The notes under the pieces are model-generated. The model ran no database searches. It was not told the origin of the DNA and saw nothing but the letters and a program-made list of their open reading frames with translations. From Andalucia godoyi And28 (taxonomy: Eukaryota > Protista > Jakobida): a stretch of 64,000 nucleotides of DNA. Position 1 is the first letter of the stretch. Every line of letters starts with the position of its first letter. The DNA lies in the NCBI GenBank assembly GCA_009859145.1, contig VRVR01000013.1, positions 329,438 to 393,437 of the forward strand. The letters are read 5' to 3'. The translations under genes and the position numbers were made by a program. Of the stretch, positions 35,486-46,549 are shown one piece after another.

Positions 35486-36580
35486 GCCTTGTCTGGAACG
35501 ATTCGGTCTAGGTTTAAAAAACAGACAGCAGCAACAACCAAAATCAAAAATGCACTCAAACGCTCTCTCTCATCATCATCTGCGTGGAACTACGGTCGTT
35601 CGAGAATCTACGACAGGTTCCATGCCGGCCTCCCCATGTGCTAAGGGAGGGGGACCAAAGCGCACTATGATTGTTCTTGAAAAACAACACGGATTCCACG
35701 AGCAGACCGAGCCCGAAGAACCAGGCACGTATGTGGAACCGTGAGTGGCAGTCATGATCGACACTCCGCTGTTGCTGTAATGTGCGCTTTTCACCAAAAG
35801 TACCGCTCCGTGTTGTATGGCCAGGGGTTTGCATGTTTTGCAGTTTTCACAGAGGAGCGTTCAAGCTTTTTGATCCAATAATGTTTTGTTAATTTAAAAT
35901 TTCAATTACGGTGAAATGCAACGCGTCATGCTCTATGTGGCAGCAGCTGTACATGAATACCAGAACGTCATCCGCTCGCCAAAACATGAATCATTATTCG
36001 TCATCGGCTAAGCTGTCACAGAAGACAGATCCAAAGCCACATGCTGTTTTGCTTGTATCCGGGGGCAAGCACCAACTCTTCCATGCAGATTGCTCTGCAT
36101 CCGCGGCTTCTTGCTGCTCTCTGCCTCCGACGAGAGGGAATCAATGGGTTTCCTGGTTCTCGGCATCTTCGGGCATGACCAATTTGAGGATGTCGGGAAG
36201 ATTCCCCTTTGGAGCCATGGGATGTTTTGTCTCTGATGAAATGCGCTGTTTGAGGGTTCGATTATGAAAAACACAAACAAACAGACGAAATAATGCTAAG
36301 ACACAAAAGGGAAAAAATGAAAGAAATTCTGGATTTGACTACGGTAAGAAAATTGCATTGTTGGATGAGCTGTCAGCCGTTGGAGGATTGCAACAATAAC
36401 CAAAGTTTCGTTTTTTTGTTTCCAATCTTCGGATTCATATAATTTTTTAAGATGGAAAAAGGCTCTTGTTTACATTTTTCTTTTGGATTCTTCTGTTTTT
36501 TATTACTTCTTTAAAAATCAAGCGTCAAGTTAAATTAGTTGATTGAAAAAACATTGTGTGCTTGGATTGGTTGATTCGGG

Positions 36581-38083
36581 ATGAGCCACTCTCCGGTTGC
36601 AAGTCCCTGCATCTCGCACACGGCAACACGGGTGCTGCTGGACACTGCTCCTCGGTTCTCCACATGTTCTATGACGTATCCCTCGGTGCTTCACAACTTC
36701 CAGCTTCCTCTAACGCAGTATCCTCGGACTTTGCGGCCTGTGAATGTCGTCAGTCAACAGCAACTGCCAGAAATGGACAGCTTGGCACTGTCGTCTGCGC
36801 GGTCCTCCCGGTCTCCATCGTCTGCTCGACCAATGGCGCAATCGCCGTCAAAGTCGCTGCGGTCGTCCTCGGCCTTCAACACATCGCCGCTGCCAGTTCG
36901 AAAACCCGGGTTTTCAACAGGGATGAAACTTCCAGATTTTTCGCCGGTTTCTGCGCGGTCAAAACCAACGTCCCGATCGCTGCAGGAGTATGCACAGCGC
37001 GAAGCCAGTGGACTTCCGTTGCACATGCCTCCGGGTGTCATTCGATCCCTGGATCAGATTCCAAATCCAGCAAATAATGTACAGAACAGTGGCGCGACAG
37101 TACCGAATGTGTCTTCTGTATCACTGATGCTTGAGGGCCAGTCGCATTTGCAAGCAGAGGCGCTTTCGTCCATTGCAAAAATCGGCTCCAGATTGTGGAC
37201 TGTGGTGCTGGCCGGGTGTTCCAACCTTAGTTCCGAGGTTCTGGACAGCATCATCCTTTCATGTCCTAATATTCGAGTGCTCGATGTTTCGCAGTGCGAC
37301 TTGATCGCCGATGAGTCGATTGGGCTTGTGCTGACCAAGCTCCCATTTCTTGAAGTTCTGAAGGCTGCTTCGTGCTCGCGGGTGACGGGCGCTTCCGTGG
37401 CCACAGTCTCCAGCCCCCACATCTCGTCTGTTGACTTTTCGTTTTGCTCGAAACTGGCGCATATCCAGTGGTTGGCAGGCTGCCCGCGACTCGCCGAGCT
37501 CGATATTTCAGGTTGCAAGAAGATCGTTACGGAGGAGCTGCTGGCTGTTCTTAGCGCGTCGAGCCAGCTCGTGTCCCTTTCCATGCGGCTTTGCAATCAA
37601 GAGGCATTGGGTGTCGAAGCCTTCAAGATGGTCGGCAAGCGAAACCCGCAGCTCGCCCGACTGCACTTGTCCGGTGTTTCTCAGCTGACAGATCCGACAG
37701 CGATTGAGATTTTGAAGTCCGCGTGTTCGGAGAGTCTTGTTCATGTCGATCTGTCGGGCTGCAGTGCGATTGGAGACCTCACGTTATATGCACTCGCCGA
37801 AACGCAGTGTCGTTCTTTGGAAACGATCGTTTTGTCGGGAACGCGATGCACACACGGTGGCGTGTCGACGGTCTTGAAAAAAGGGGGATCTGGACTGAAG
37901 CGCGCAATCGTCACAAACACGCAAGTCACACCGGAAGATGCTAGCACTCTGCGAGAACAGTTCCCGTCCTGCGAGATTGTTCTGGAGATAGCTGTTCCTC
38001 TTGTTCGCAAGCAGTTTGCAGCCGCCAAGGTCGAGGACAAGAAGAAGAAGGGCAAGGGCAAGAAAGGCAAGAAGAAGAAGTGA
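36581..38083 (+). CDS. Cysteine-containing leucine-rich repeat protein (FBXL/AMN1-like LRRs) with a basic C-terminal tail
   Basis: Repeated LxxLDxSxCxxI units (IRVLDVSQCDLI, LAELDISGCKKI, LVHVDLSGCSAI) and a lysine-rich end KKKKGKGKKGKKKK. Confidence 0.88.
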   Translation: MSHSPVASPCISHTATRVLLDTAPRFSTCSMTYPSVLHNFQLPLTQYPRTLRPVNVVSQQQLPEMDSLALSSARSSRSPSSARPMAQSPSKSLRSSSAFNTSPLPVRKPGFSTGMKLPDFSPVSARSKPTSRSLQEYAQREASGLPLHMPPGVIRSLDQIPNPANNVQNSGATVPNVSSVSLMLEGQSHLQAEALSSIAKIGSRLWTVVLAGCSNLSSEVLDSIILSCPNIRVLDVSQCDLIADESIGLVLTKLPFLEVLKAASCSRVTGASVATVSSPHISSVDFSFCSKLAHIQWLAGCPRLAELDISGCKKIVTEELLAVLSASSQLVSLSMRLCNQEALGVEAFKMVGKRNPQLARLHLSGVSQLTDPTAIEILKSACSESLVHVDLSGCSAIGDLTLYALAETQCRSLETIVLSGTRCTHGGVSTVLKKGGSGLKRAIVTNTQVTPEDASTLREQFPSCEIVLEIAVPLVRKQFAAAKVEDKKKKGKGKKGKKKK

Positions 38084-38239
38084 CAGCATCAGTCCTGGTA
38101 ATAATGGTAGGAATGTCCGTTAGCAGTTACTTTTGTATTCATAAACCAAAACAACCTGTTTTTCTTGTAGTTTATTAGGTTTTTATTATCTTCTTTTGTT
38201 TTCTGTTCGTAGCCTGTTGACGAGTAACGCAAGTGGAAA

Positions 38240-38830
38240 CTACGACGCACTGTTAAGTCCGAGTTTTTGTCTTGCAAGTTTCACCATTCGTGAAACACGG
38301 TCCGCGAGCGGTCCATTGTCGGCAGCGGTTGCCGATTCCGGAGTGTACGGCGGCCGAACGCGGACTTCATCCATGACGAGTATCGAGTCTCCGTCCCACT
38401 TGCACTCGAGAGTCTTCGATACGAAATCAAAAATAAGCTGTGCCTCCGCAGAAACGCCGTTTCCGAGGCGCTTCATGCGAGCTTCCGTCGAGCCTAGTAG
38501 CAGCTGCTGCGCTCGTTTGGGCTCGGGAGCAGCGGGAAGCTCATAGTCGAGTGACGACAGCGCATTCCAAGCATCCGATTTTACATACGAGACGTGCTGC
38601 GACTTGTTCTGCATAAGACCGCCGGCAGGGAAATTCAAGTCCGCGTCTGAAGATGTTGCCGTGATGGAATCGACATTGGATGCAGGCAAGATGCAGACTT
38701 GCGACTTGCCAGTTACATAGTCTGTGTTGTGCAAAACGAGAAACTTGTCGTCGCTGGAAAACACAGTTCCGGAAAAATGCGATCTGTCTCTTGTCTTTAC
38801 AGACACCACAGATCCAACCGACACTGTCAT
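38240..38830 (-). CDS. LSM12: LSM12-like protein (Sm-like + AD domain)
   Basis: N-terminal Sm-like strands plus the AD domain GNGVSAEAQLIFDFVSKTLECKWDGDSILVMDEVRVRPPY. The ATG is at 38830. Confidence 0.88.
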   Translation of the reverse strand: MTVSVGSVVSVKTRDRSHFSGTVFSSDDKFLVLHNTDYVTGKSQVCILPASNVDSITATSSDADLNFPAGGLMQNKSQHVSYVKSDAWNALSSLDYELPAAPEPKRAQQLLLGSTEARMKRLGNGVSAEAQLIFDFVSKTLECKWDGDSILVMDEVRVRPPYTPESATAADNGPLADRVSRMVKLARQKLGLNSAS

Positions 38831-38954
38831 CCCGAATACCTCCCCCCAACGAACAACAACACCCGATGCCTCCCCGCCTGCCGCAAAGCAAAAAAAAAAA
38901 AAAAAAGGAAAAGGAAAGGAAAGCAAACGACGAAACAAAAATTTCATACGTGTG

Positions 38955-38987
<33 letters not shown>

Positions 38988-39309
38988 ATATAGAGAAAAG
39001 CAAAAGAAACGACGGACCCCAGTTGCAAAAACCTGGAAGCATCAAGTACGCAGCATCAAGGACTCGCGACCGTTCAAATTCGCTGAAACTTGGAATTAAA
39101 GTCTTGTTCGCTTGGCATTGTGGAAGTCGGAACACACAAAATCTGTATGACAAATTGAAGATGAAGGCCGTGTGCTCGAAATTTCCATACCAGCTTATTG
39201 TTGATAGCTCTTGTTGCGTACATCATTACTATTACTGTTATTGTTATTGTTATTGATATTATTGTTATTGATATTGATATTATTGTTGTTTGTTTCTGGT
39301 TCGTGCGCA

Positions 39310-42300
39310 ATGGGAGTGTATGGTCTTTCTGCATACTTGAAGAAGAATGCAAGCAGTGTCTTTGACCCCGTCACACTTCCTGCCGAACCGCAGCAGCTGC
39401 TTGTAGACTGGAATGGCATCGTGTTTTATCTTATGGAGCAGCATGAAAACAAGCATGCAAAGACCACGCTGGGCATTGAGCCCTTCATTACGAATGTGTT
39501 TGGCGGTGATCCAGTGTTTTTGGCAAACGGCATAGTCTCGTTTTTTCAGCCTTTTCTTGACAGAAAACACCAGGTTTCGTGCTATTTGGACGGCCCTCAG
39601 CATTCATATGTTGGGTTCCAATTCAAAAAACAGCAAACCATGTTCGATCGCGCATCCGACGAGGTGAATGTTGCAAAGAAAATCTACCAGATCCTGCGAT
39701 CGGGTCAGATTCCGAAGTCCCAATCAAGGCTGCGTGCTCGCCTGTTTCAGTTGTGCTCAGCGGCAAAGTATCTCGCGAGCGCAACTCTGCGAAAACTTGG
39801 AGTGAAGTTCGTGCAGTGTGAAGGAGAGGCTGACATTGAGATTCGCAAAGACTTTGAACGACTGCAGGCATTCGCCGTCATCGGTTTTGATTCAGATTTC
39901 GTTATGATGCGGGGCGTTCGCTACATCCCGCTGGACACGGTTTCCTTCAAGAACCAGGCCATTACTGCAAAACTAGTTACCGGAGAAAGAGTTGCGTCGC
40001 TTCTTGGAATTGCATATGAACGGCTCCCCGACTTGGCCGCGTTATGTGGGAACGATGCAACGAAGCCCATGATGACTCATTACAAGATCTGGGAACAAAT
40101 TGGCCTCTTAAGAGGCGACATCGAGGGAATTGCTAATTTCTTGAAAGAGGTTCCCGACCAATTGTTCCTGAATGTGCCAAGAATTTCAAAGTTATTGAGT
40201 CGTGATGTGTCGTTTCGCTCGGCAGTATTATGGACTTATGAGTTCTACGGATTCGAGAATCCACAAGGTCTGCACGTGAGCCATCATCCTTCTCCAGAAA
40301 AAGGCACTCCTCTTGTGGACAATGTCTTGTTTTCATCTGTCCGACGTCTTCCACAAAAGTGGTTCGCGCATGACCCGTCGCCTGTAACAGTGAGCGAAAT
40401 GCAAGGACGCGGAAGCGTTCTCTCGGAATTTATGATTCCATTTTGGAAAACGATGGGCGAGTTCAGCGGTTCTCCGAGCGTGGAGTTTTTCTATCGTGTC
40501 AAGGAAAAATTTGGCAGTCGCCAGGTTCCGTGTTCTGGAAACAGGTCTGTCGCAGAAACCCTTTTCTCGGAATTGCAAGCGAGTAAGGCTGCACGTCAAA
40601 GATTTATGTTCATGTTTTGCACAGCATGGCTAAAGTCTCCTGCGTCCGTCGCAGAGGTCCTGCATCTGAATTTGGTGGGCGAGTTTCGGCATCGGTTTCC
40701 TTTTATGTCGGACGAAAGATTTCTATCATTTTGCGCGTTCTCCTGTCTACTGCTGTCCCTGAACATTGTCTGCAAGACGTTTTCGTTTTCAATTTCTCGT
40801 CAAGAAGTAGAAATCATGTTGTTTGTTCTCGCACTTGGGGTTTGGAGACACCCCGTTTCTTTGGACTCGTCATCGGCGTTGAAAGACATTCCGAAGGGCG
40901 CTGGTGACATGTATGCAAGATCCTTCTTCTTGACGTCAGCTTTGCGGTCTCTTCTTTCGCTGCACTCGGAATTGGAAGACGAGATTGTTGAGGGGGAGCA
41001 ATCTATTGCGGATGAAAGTCCGAACTTCAACTTGCTTGCGTGCTTGCTTGTTGAAAGTTACCAGGGAACGAATAGGACAATTCCTGCGGAATTCTCTTTG
41101 CTCCGGATGTCTTGTTCCCAATTCGTGGACAGGCTGTGTTTTCTGTCCCGGGAGCAGTTGGATTACGATATCCTGCCCATCCCGTTTGCCGAAACAGAAG
41201 TTGATGTTGACGAGTCGGAAGCTGCTGCTGTTGACAGTCTGGATGAAGCGTTTGCATCAGTGCTCGTGTTTGACGACGACGACAATGAGAACAACCAGAA
41301 CGACGGGATGTTTGGAGACAATCAGTTTTCTCCAGAGGACGACGATGATGCAATTCTTGAGAATCCCAATCCAAAACCGGAGATTGTTGTCCATCTGCAT
41401 CAGCCAAAGATTTCAGCGACACAGCTGCCGGTGGCCACGCCTGGTGTTCTTCCGATCCATTCGTTCAAGGATTCTCTGCTGAAAGAAATCGAAGCTCGTC
41501 GAGTCGTCTGCATTCAGGGAGAGACAGGGTGTGGAAAATCGACGGGGGTTCCAATCTTTTTGTACAACAGCTCTCCAAAGAATCGAATACTTGTGACACA
41601 GCCTCGTCGTCTTGCTGCGCGCTCTCTTGCTTCTCATGTTGCCACGTTGGTGGGAACGAAACTTGGGGATGCGGTCGGCTACCGTGTCGGTTCTGACGCG
41701 CTTGTATCAAGGAACACTCGACTGCAATACGTCACCACAGGATACCTGGTTTCATGGCTGATGCATTATCCAGAACAGCTGTTTTCATTTTCTCACATTG
41801 TCCTGGATGAAGTGCATGAGAGATCCGCCGACAGCGACTTTTTGTCGTTGATTATCAAAACGATTTGTTCAAGTCAGTCTGGCAAGGACCAACCTTTTCA
41901 AACGAAGATCATCATTATGTCGGCAACAATCCAAGCAGAGCTGTTTTCTTCTTATTTTTCGTTTATGGACCGCACTCCATCTCAGCCGGTGTTTGTTGGC
42001 GCTCGGCGGTATCCCGTGCAAGAATGCTTTCTGGAGGACTTTGACCCGCTAATCCAGAGTGATGATCGTGCTTCCAAGTCGTATGTAAGGTTAGTCCAAA
42101 AGTTTAGAAATCTTGTGAAACGACCGGGCTCTTTTCAGGTTGACCAAGAAATCGTGTCGTTGTCACTCGAGTTGATATGTGCTCTCATTCGGAGTATCCA
42201 CAAACTTGGAATATGCATTTTGGTTTTCCTTCCGGGAGCGCAGGAAATACAGGAAATGGAGACGTTACTCCGTCAGATTTTCGACGATGATCACACGAAG

Positions 42301-45300
42301 ATCAACGTTTTGCATTCCCTTTGTGCGGATGATGAACAGTCAGATGCACTGCGATCACTTTCCGAGATCGAGGCCGAAACAGGGATTATGCCGTGCAAAA
42401 TTGTGCTTTCTACAAACATTGCAGAGACATCTTTAACGATTCCTGATGTTACGGTGGTCGTGGACTCGGGGCTTGCTCGCCAAATTGTGTATGACGGTTC
42501 GTCCGGCAATCAGTTGCTGAAGACGGTGTTCATTAGCAGGGCATCAGCACATCAGCGAACTGGTAGAACAGGCCGCCTCGCCCCAGGTACTGTGTATCGA
42601 GCGTACACAAAGTCGTTCATGGGCTTGATTCCACCGTTCGACGATCCGGAAGTGTTGCGAATGCCGCTGGAGAAACTGGTTCTTGACTGCTTTACTTATC
42701 TTGCACCATTTGGAAATCCGCTTAGTTTGCTGATGAATTTACTTCAGCCCCCTTCCTGGTCGTCCCTCCAAGAGGCACTCGTCCGCTTACGCCTCAGGGG
42801 TGCCATGACAGGGTCTTCTTCCGAAAATGATTCAAATGTCAAATTGACGCGACTGGGCTTGCTAGCGTCCTCCTTATCGAGCGTAGGTTGCGATGTTGAT
42901 TGTGCATATTTAATCCTGATGGGACTTTCGACAGGGTTTATTGCGGATGCGATTATTTTAGTCGCCTGCATTCGAAGCGAGAGGGATCTGTTCCTTCAAC
43001 CGTCCTTGCTGTTCTTGAAGAAGTTCAGCGATTATTCTCGAAAAGTGTTGGCCAACTTTGATCATCGATATCGATTTGACCATGGTCGGCAGTCCGAACT
43101 TCTTTCGTTACGCGATTTGTACTTGGAGTGGTTGGCCCATGGGTCTCACGATCACTGGGCTGTTGCAAACGGCGCCTCTTTCCGTTCGTTGAAAGCTCTG
43201 GACCATGTTGTTGAGAGTCTTGCATCCACGCTCCATTCGTCACTGTTTGCATCACGCGGAGCGCACCAATCGGATGCTTTTGCCGGGCTCCATTTCGTCA
43301 ATTCGACCTGGAAAGATTCCATATGTGCTTCGCTCCGTTTGCTTTCCAATCGAAAATCGCGTTTTAGTGGTCATTCTTTGTTCATCCCCGCTTCGAAGAT
43401 ACCAACTGCTGCAATGTCGACGAAGCTGGTCTTTTGCGAAGACTCTTCTTTTTTGAGTGTGATGTTCGGGATGTGCTTTCATCAATCCTATCTGTTTTCA
43501 GGAACGTCCAAAGCGATTGGAACCGTTGCAAAGCGCTTTGTAGCGGTCCACGCCTTGCGCTTCCCGCAAGCGCCCTCGCTTGCCGCTTCGGCGATCCGAA
43601 AGCGCGTGGTTCGATTCCAGGGCGTGTCGCCGTTCGTTCGACAGAATCCGGAGTTTGTCGAGAAGACGCTTGCGTCTATGGGATTCCACGTAGAAAAAGT
43701 GCTTGTGGATGACAAGGCGCTGTTGGTTCTGTTCGGTTCCGCAGCTGATGCAGATGCATCGAAAGCTGTTGGCGTTGGAGCACGGTTGGACGATTGCATT
43801 GGTGACATTAAGCGCCTGTCGCAGCTTTCCCACAAGGCAGTGTGCTACTTGCCGAAAACGGTAGACTCGCAAGCCTTCCGCACTTCACACTCCGTCGTTG
43901 CTGCGGCCGAAGATGCTGATGGCGACAATGCTCTTGAAGATTTGAAGACTGATAAGGCATCCTTGACTACCATGTTGGATTCCCAGGCAGAGAAATTGGG
44001 AAATCTTGAGTGTGAGTGCGTGGTTCGCTGGCGGTGGACGCAGTCTCCTGCCATCAATGCTCGCACGAACTGGAGGTCCCCTATCGGCTTGTTGTGTTCG
44101 CATCACGCGGAGGCCACACTGTATGCTGTTTCTGCAACAGTCCACCTTTACCAACCGCTTCAAGGCCCTACTATGGGATTTATTTCAACGTTCGCACTGC
44201 TTCCCGCAAATCCACGTGGACTGACTCCTTTGATACTGTCTGCGCTAGTTCCAAAAGAATATCAGACGAAATTCCAGGTTGTAATAGACGACGATTACGG
44301 TCTCGATCGCTCCTTTAGCAAATGCGAAATTAGTGATGATGATGATGATGATGATGATAATGATAATGATAATGACGATTTTCCGGTAGGGAATTCAGCT
44401 TCTCGCGATCCTCAGTTTGAAAAGAATTCTGTTCAAGTGTTTGTTTCTCGCGACATGCGCACTGTTTTTGCGATGCGCACCTCCAAAATGATATTCAATT
44501 TCCATCAGTCGGTGGATTTCAATGCTTATTTATCTGACATCAATGTCATTCGCAAGGTTGTATCGGAGCTCTTCAATCCAGATGCGGTTGCGGTATGCGG
44601 TTCGTTTTCTGCATCCTTTTCGGAATTTTTGGCCAAGTACACTGCAATATTGACGCCTCCCCACGATCCACGCCTTGAGAAGGGGGCTTATTGGATTCAT
44701 CTCGAGTTTGAGGACTTTGATCGCTGTTTTCTGCCACCGCTTTTGATAGCGAAACAAAAGGCACAACACCCCAAATCCGCTGTTTCATCTGTACTTCCGC
44801 AGTCTCTCTCTGCTTCAGTGGACGTCGGCTCCAATTGTGGTGACCCACAGAGTCAGGAGGCCATTGCGGCAGCATTGGCGAGTGTCGGCACCATGCGCCC
44901 ATTCATCACGCTGTCTCCGTATTGGGACTTTCTGCACGACAAGTTGTCTGCGACCGATACCGCGTCTGTCTTGACTCTTCATAGTGACTGTGAAGAGAAG
45001 TTACGACAGCACTATCCCGGGCTCGCCCCGGGGATGGCTGATGCCTGCTTCGCGAATTGGCTTTCGCTCTTGCGCCCTACTGTGGTTTTGAAAGTCTTTT
45101 ATGCGTTTCACAGCGGAGCCAATGTGACGATCACCAGGAAACGGTTGCCAGGTTTCGCCTACGGTATTAGTCGATATGAGTTTTTGCTTCAGAATCGACG
45201 ACTGGAATCGCTGAAGTTTCAAATTGCGACGTTTACTCGTTTGGTGGAGCAGGCTAGCAATCTCGAATACGAACTGTTCATGTTGAACTCCAGCATCTTT

Positions 45301-45807
45301 CTTCAGCTCATTTCTGTATACGGCGGAGTGTCCGGGTCTGGTGGTGCACCAGTGCGGCATTTTGATGTTTCCAGTTACTTCAAAATTCCCGTGAAGCAGT
45401 TCAAGGTCGTGATTCAACAGTATCGTGTACCGGACGACATTGCGCTCGACAAAACCGAGACCGATTTCATCAACGTGGTCCCCACGGAGGTGTCCCCGAT
45501 TGCCTTATCTGCACTGATGATCATGCACAATCAATCGGGAGCAGAGCTTATCTTGTCGTATACCGCGCAAGGCTGGGATGTTTCGGTCAATCTGCTGATG
45601 CTCTGTCTGGGTGACGTGGTTCCAGATAGTTTCCACTCCCGACTTTTCAGCTCTCATTTCAGAGATCAATTAGCGGCTACTCGACGAGAAAGAGCTCCTC
45701 TGCCACTTCACGTTCCAAAAATGAGGAAGGGACGGCGAGAGTCACGGGATCCAGTCAGCAGCCCGTCAGCCGTAAGCGGAAGCAGGACGGGGCGGCCTGC
45801 CAAATGA
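39310..45807 (+). CDS. FEN/XPG-type PIN nuclease domain fused to a DEAH/RHA RNA helicase (about 2165 aa)
   Basis: The N-terminus has MGV.GL, LVD, YLDG, EGEAD, FDSDF and CGND. The helicase has GETGCGKST, TQPRRLAA, DEVHER, MSAT, STNIAETSLTIPDV and QRTGRTGR, followed by an HA2-like region. Confidence 0.92.
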   Translation: MGVYGLSAYLKKNASSVFDPVTLPAEPQQLLVDWNGIVFYLMEQHENKHAKTTLGIEPFITNVFGGDPVFLANGIVSFFQPFLDRKHQVSCYLDGPQHSYVGFQFKKQQTMFDRASDEVNVAKKIYQILRSGQIPKSQSRLRARLFQLCSAAKYLASATLRKLGVKFVQCEGEADIEIRKDFERLQAFAVIGFDSDFVMMRGVRYIPLDTVSFKNQAITAKLVTGERVASLLGIAYERLPDLAALCGNDATKPMMTHYKIWEQIGLLRGDIEGIANFLKEVPDQLFLNVPRISKLLSRDVSFRSAVLWTYEFYGFENPQGLHVSHHPSPEKGTPLVDNVLFSSVRRLPQKWFAHDPSPVTVSEMQGRGSVLSEFMIPFWKTMGEFSGSPSVEFFYRVKEKFGSRQVPCSGNRSVAETLFSELQASKAARQRFMFMFCTAWLKSPASVAEVLHLNLVGEFRHRFPFMSDERFLSFCAFSCLLLSLNIVCKTFSFSISRQEVEIMLFVLALGVWRHPVSLDSSSALKDIPKGAGDMYARSFFLTSALRSLLSLHSELEDEIVEGEQSIADESPNFNLLACLLVESYQGTNRTIPAEFSLLRMSCSQFVDRLCFLSREQLDYDILPIPFAETEVDVDESEAAAVDSLDEAFASVLVFDDDDNENNQNDGMFGDNQFSPEDDDDAILENPNPKPEIVVHLHQPKISATQLPVATPGVLPIHSFKDSLLKEIEARRVVCIQGETGCGKSTGVPIFLYNSSPKNRILVTQPRRLAARSLASHVATLVGTKLGDAVGYRVGSDALVSRNTRLQYVTTGYLVSWLMHYPEQLFSFSHIVLDEVHERSADSDFLSLIIKTICSSQSGKDQPFQTKIIIMSATIQAELFSSYFSFMDRTPSQPVFVGARRYPVQECFLEDFDPLIQSDDRASKSYVRLVQKFRNLVKRPGSFQVDQEIVSLSLELICALIRSIHKLGICILVFLPGAQEIQEMETLLRQIFDDDHTKINVLHSLCADDEQSDALRSLSEIEAETGIMPCKIVLSTNIAETSLTIPDVTVVVDSGLARQIVYDGSSGNQLLKTVFISRASAHQRTGRTGRLAPGTVYRAYTKSFMGLIPPFDDPEVLRMPLEKLVLDCFTYLAPFGNPLSLLMNLLQPPSWSSLQEALVRLRLRGAMTGSSSENDSNVKLTRLGLLASSLSSVGCDVDCAYLILMGLSTGFIADAIILVACIRSERDLFLQPSLLFLKKFSDYSRKVLANFDHRYRFDHGRQSELLSLRDLYLEWLAHGSHDHWAVANGASFRSLKALDHVVESLASTLHSSLFASRGAHQSDAFAGLHFVNSTWKDSICASLRLLSNRKSRFSGHSLFIPASKIPTAAMSTKLVFCEDSSFLSVMFGMCFHQSYLFSGTSKAIGTVAKRFVAVHALRFPQAPSLAASAIRKRVVRFQGVSPFVRQNPEFVEKTLASMGFHVEKVLVDDKALLVLFGSAADADASKAVGVGARLDDCIGDIKRLSQLSHKAVCYLPKTVDSQAFRTSHSVVAAAEDADGDNALEDLKTDKASLTTMLDSQAEKLGNLECECVVRWRWTQSPAINARTNWRSPIGLLCSHHAEATLYAVSATVHLYQPLQGPTMGFISTFALLPANPRGLTPLILSALVPKEYQTKFQVVIDDDYGLDRSFSKCEISDDDDDDDDNDNDNDDFPVGNSASRDPQFEKNSVQVFVSRDMRTVFAMRTSKMIFNFHQSVDFNAYLSDINVIRKVVSELFNPDAVAVCGSFSASFSEFLAKYTAILTPPHDPRLEKGAYWIHLEFEDFDRCFLPPLLIAKQKAQHPKSAVSSVLPQSLSASVDVGSNCGDPQSQEAIAAALASVGTMRPFITLSPYWDFLHDKLSATDTASVLTLHSDCEEKLRQHYPGLAPGMADACFANWLSLLRPTVVLKVFYAFHSGANVTITRKRLPGFAYGISRYEFLLQNRRLESLKFQIATFTRLVEQASNLEYELFMLNSSIFLQLISVYGGVSGSGGAPVRHFDVSSYFKIPVKQFKVVIQQYRVPDDIALDKTETDFINVVPTEVSPIALSALMIMHNQSGAELILSYTAQGWDVSVNLLMLCLGDVVPDSFHSRLFSSHFRDQLAATRRERAPLPLHVPKMRKGRRESRDPVSSPSAVSGSRTGRPAK

Positions 45808-45886
45808 CGAAATAAGGATAAAACAAAAAAAGAGAGGAAGAAAAGAAAGGCGCAGTGGATGCTGCAGTGTCTTTTTTTGTTCTTCT

Positions 45887-46162
45887 TCAAGGCTGTTCTG
45901 ACCGCTTCTTCATCGTCTCCCTCGACCAAGCGTATCGCGATCCAACTGCCGTGAGATGCGCAGCTTGGATTTTTACAGTTTCCAGGTGCGTTTCGCCCAG
46001 TGCATATAAAAATTGTATCTTTTCGGTGTCTGTTTCATGCATGTTTTCCCGAAACTCTGCTCGTGTCCGGTGCACAATGAACTGTCGACGATTTTCCGTT
46101 GGCATGTGCTGCCCAGCGCGTATCAACGACCGATAAAGACCAATGATGTGCTGCTTCATCAT
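45887..46162 (-). CDS. LYR-motif (Complex1_LYR family) small mitochondrial protein
   Basis: IGLYRSLIRAG...RAEFRENMHETDTEKI matches the LYR family signature. Confidence 0.85.
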   Translation of the reverse strand: MMKQHIIGLYRSLIRAGQHMPTENRRQFIVHRTRAEFRENMHETDTEKIQFLYALGETHLETVKIQAAHLTAVGSRYAWSRETMKKRSEQP

Positions 46163-46549
46163 CCTCCCGTGTGTGACTGTGCGTTTCTGCGAGTGTGCGA
46201 GTGTGCAAATGACCGACTGTCGATGGTTCTGATACGGAAACGCCACCGCAACGTCAAGATTGGACGCACGAAATCGAATGAGCTGTTGGGCAAACGAAAG
46301 AAAGCGAAAACTCAAACACCGGCTTTTTTTCTATTTGTCTACACTTGTCGACTTCCAAGTTCGCGACCAGTTGCCAGATCAAAAGCGAAGCTACTGTAGT
46401 GCGTACGATCGAACGGAGACTGATCATCCGCGAGTATTGGATGTCTGCGGTCTTTGGTTCGTTCGTTCCCAACGTTCGCGTGGGCACGGAGAAGTGTTGA
46501 CTTGTCAGCAGCAACCAGTGACAAGAAAAAAAAAAAGATATTGTGTGAG

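Noticed and set aside
35880-35990. SECIS element downstream of the TGA-interrupted ORF
   Set aside because: An AUGA...GA pair can be drawn, but the helix is poor and there is no correctly spaced apical AA.
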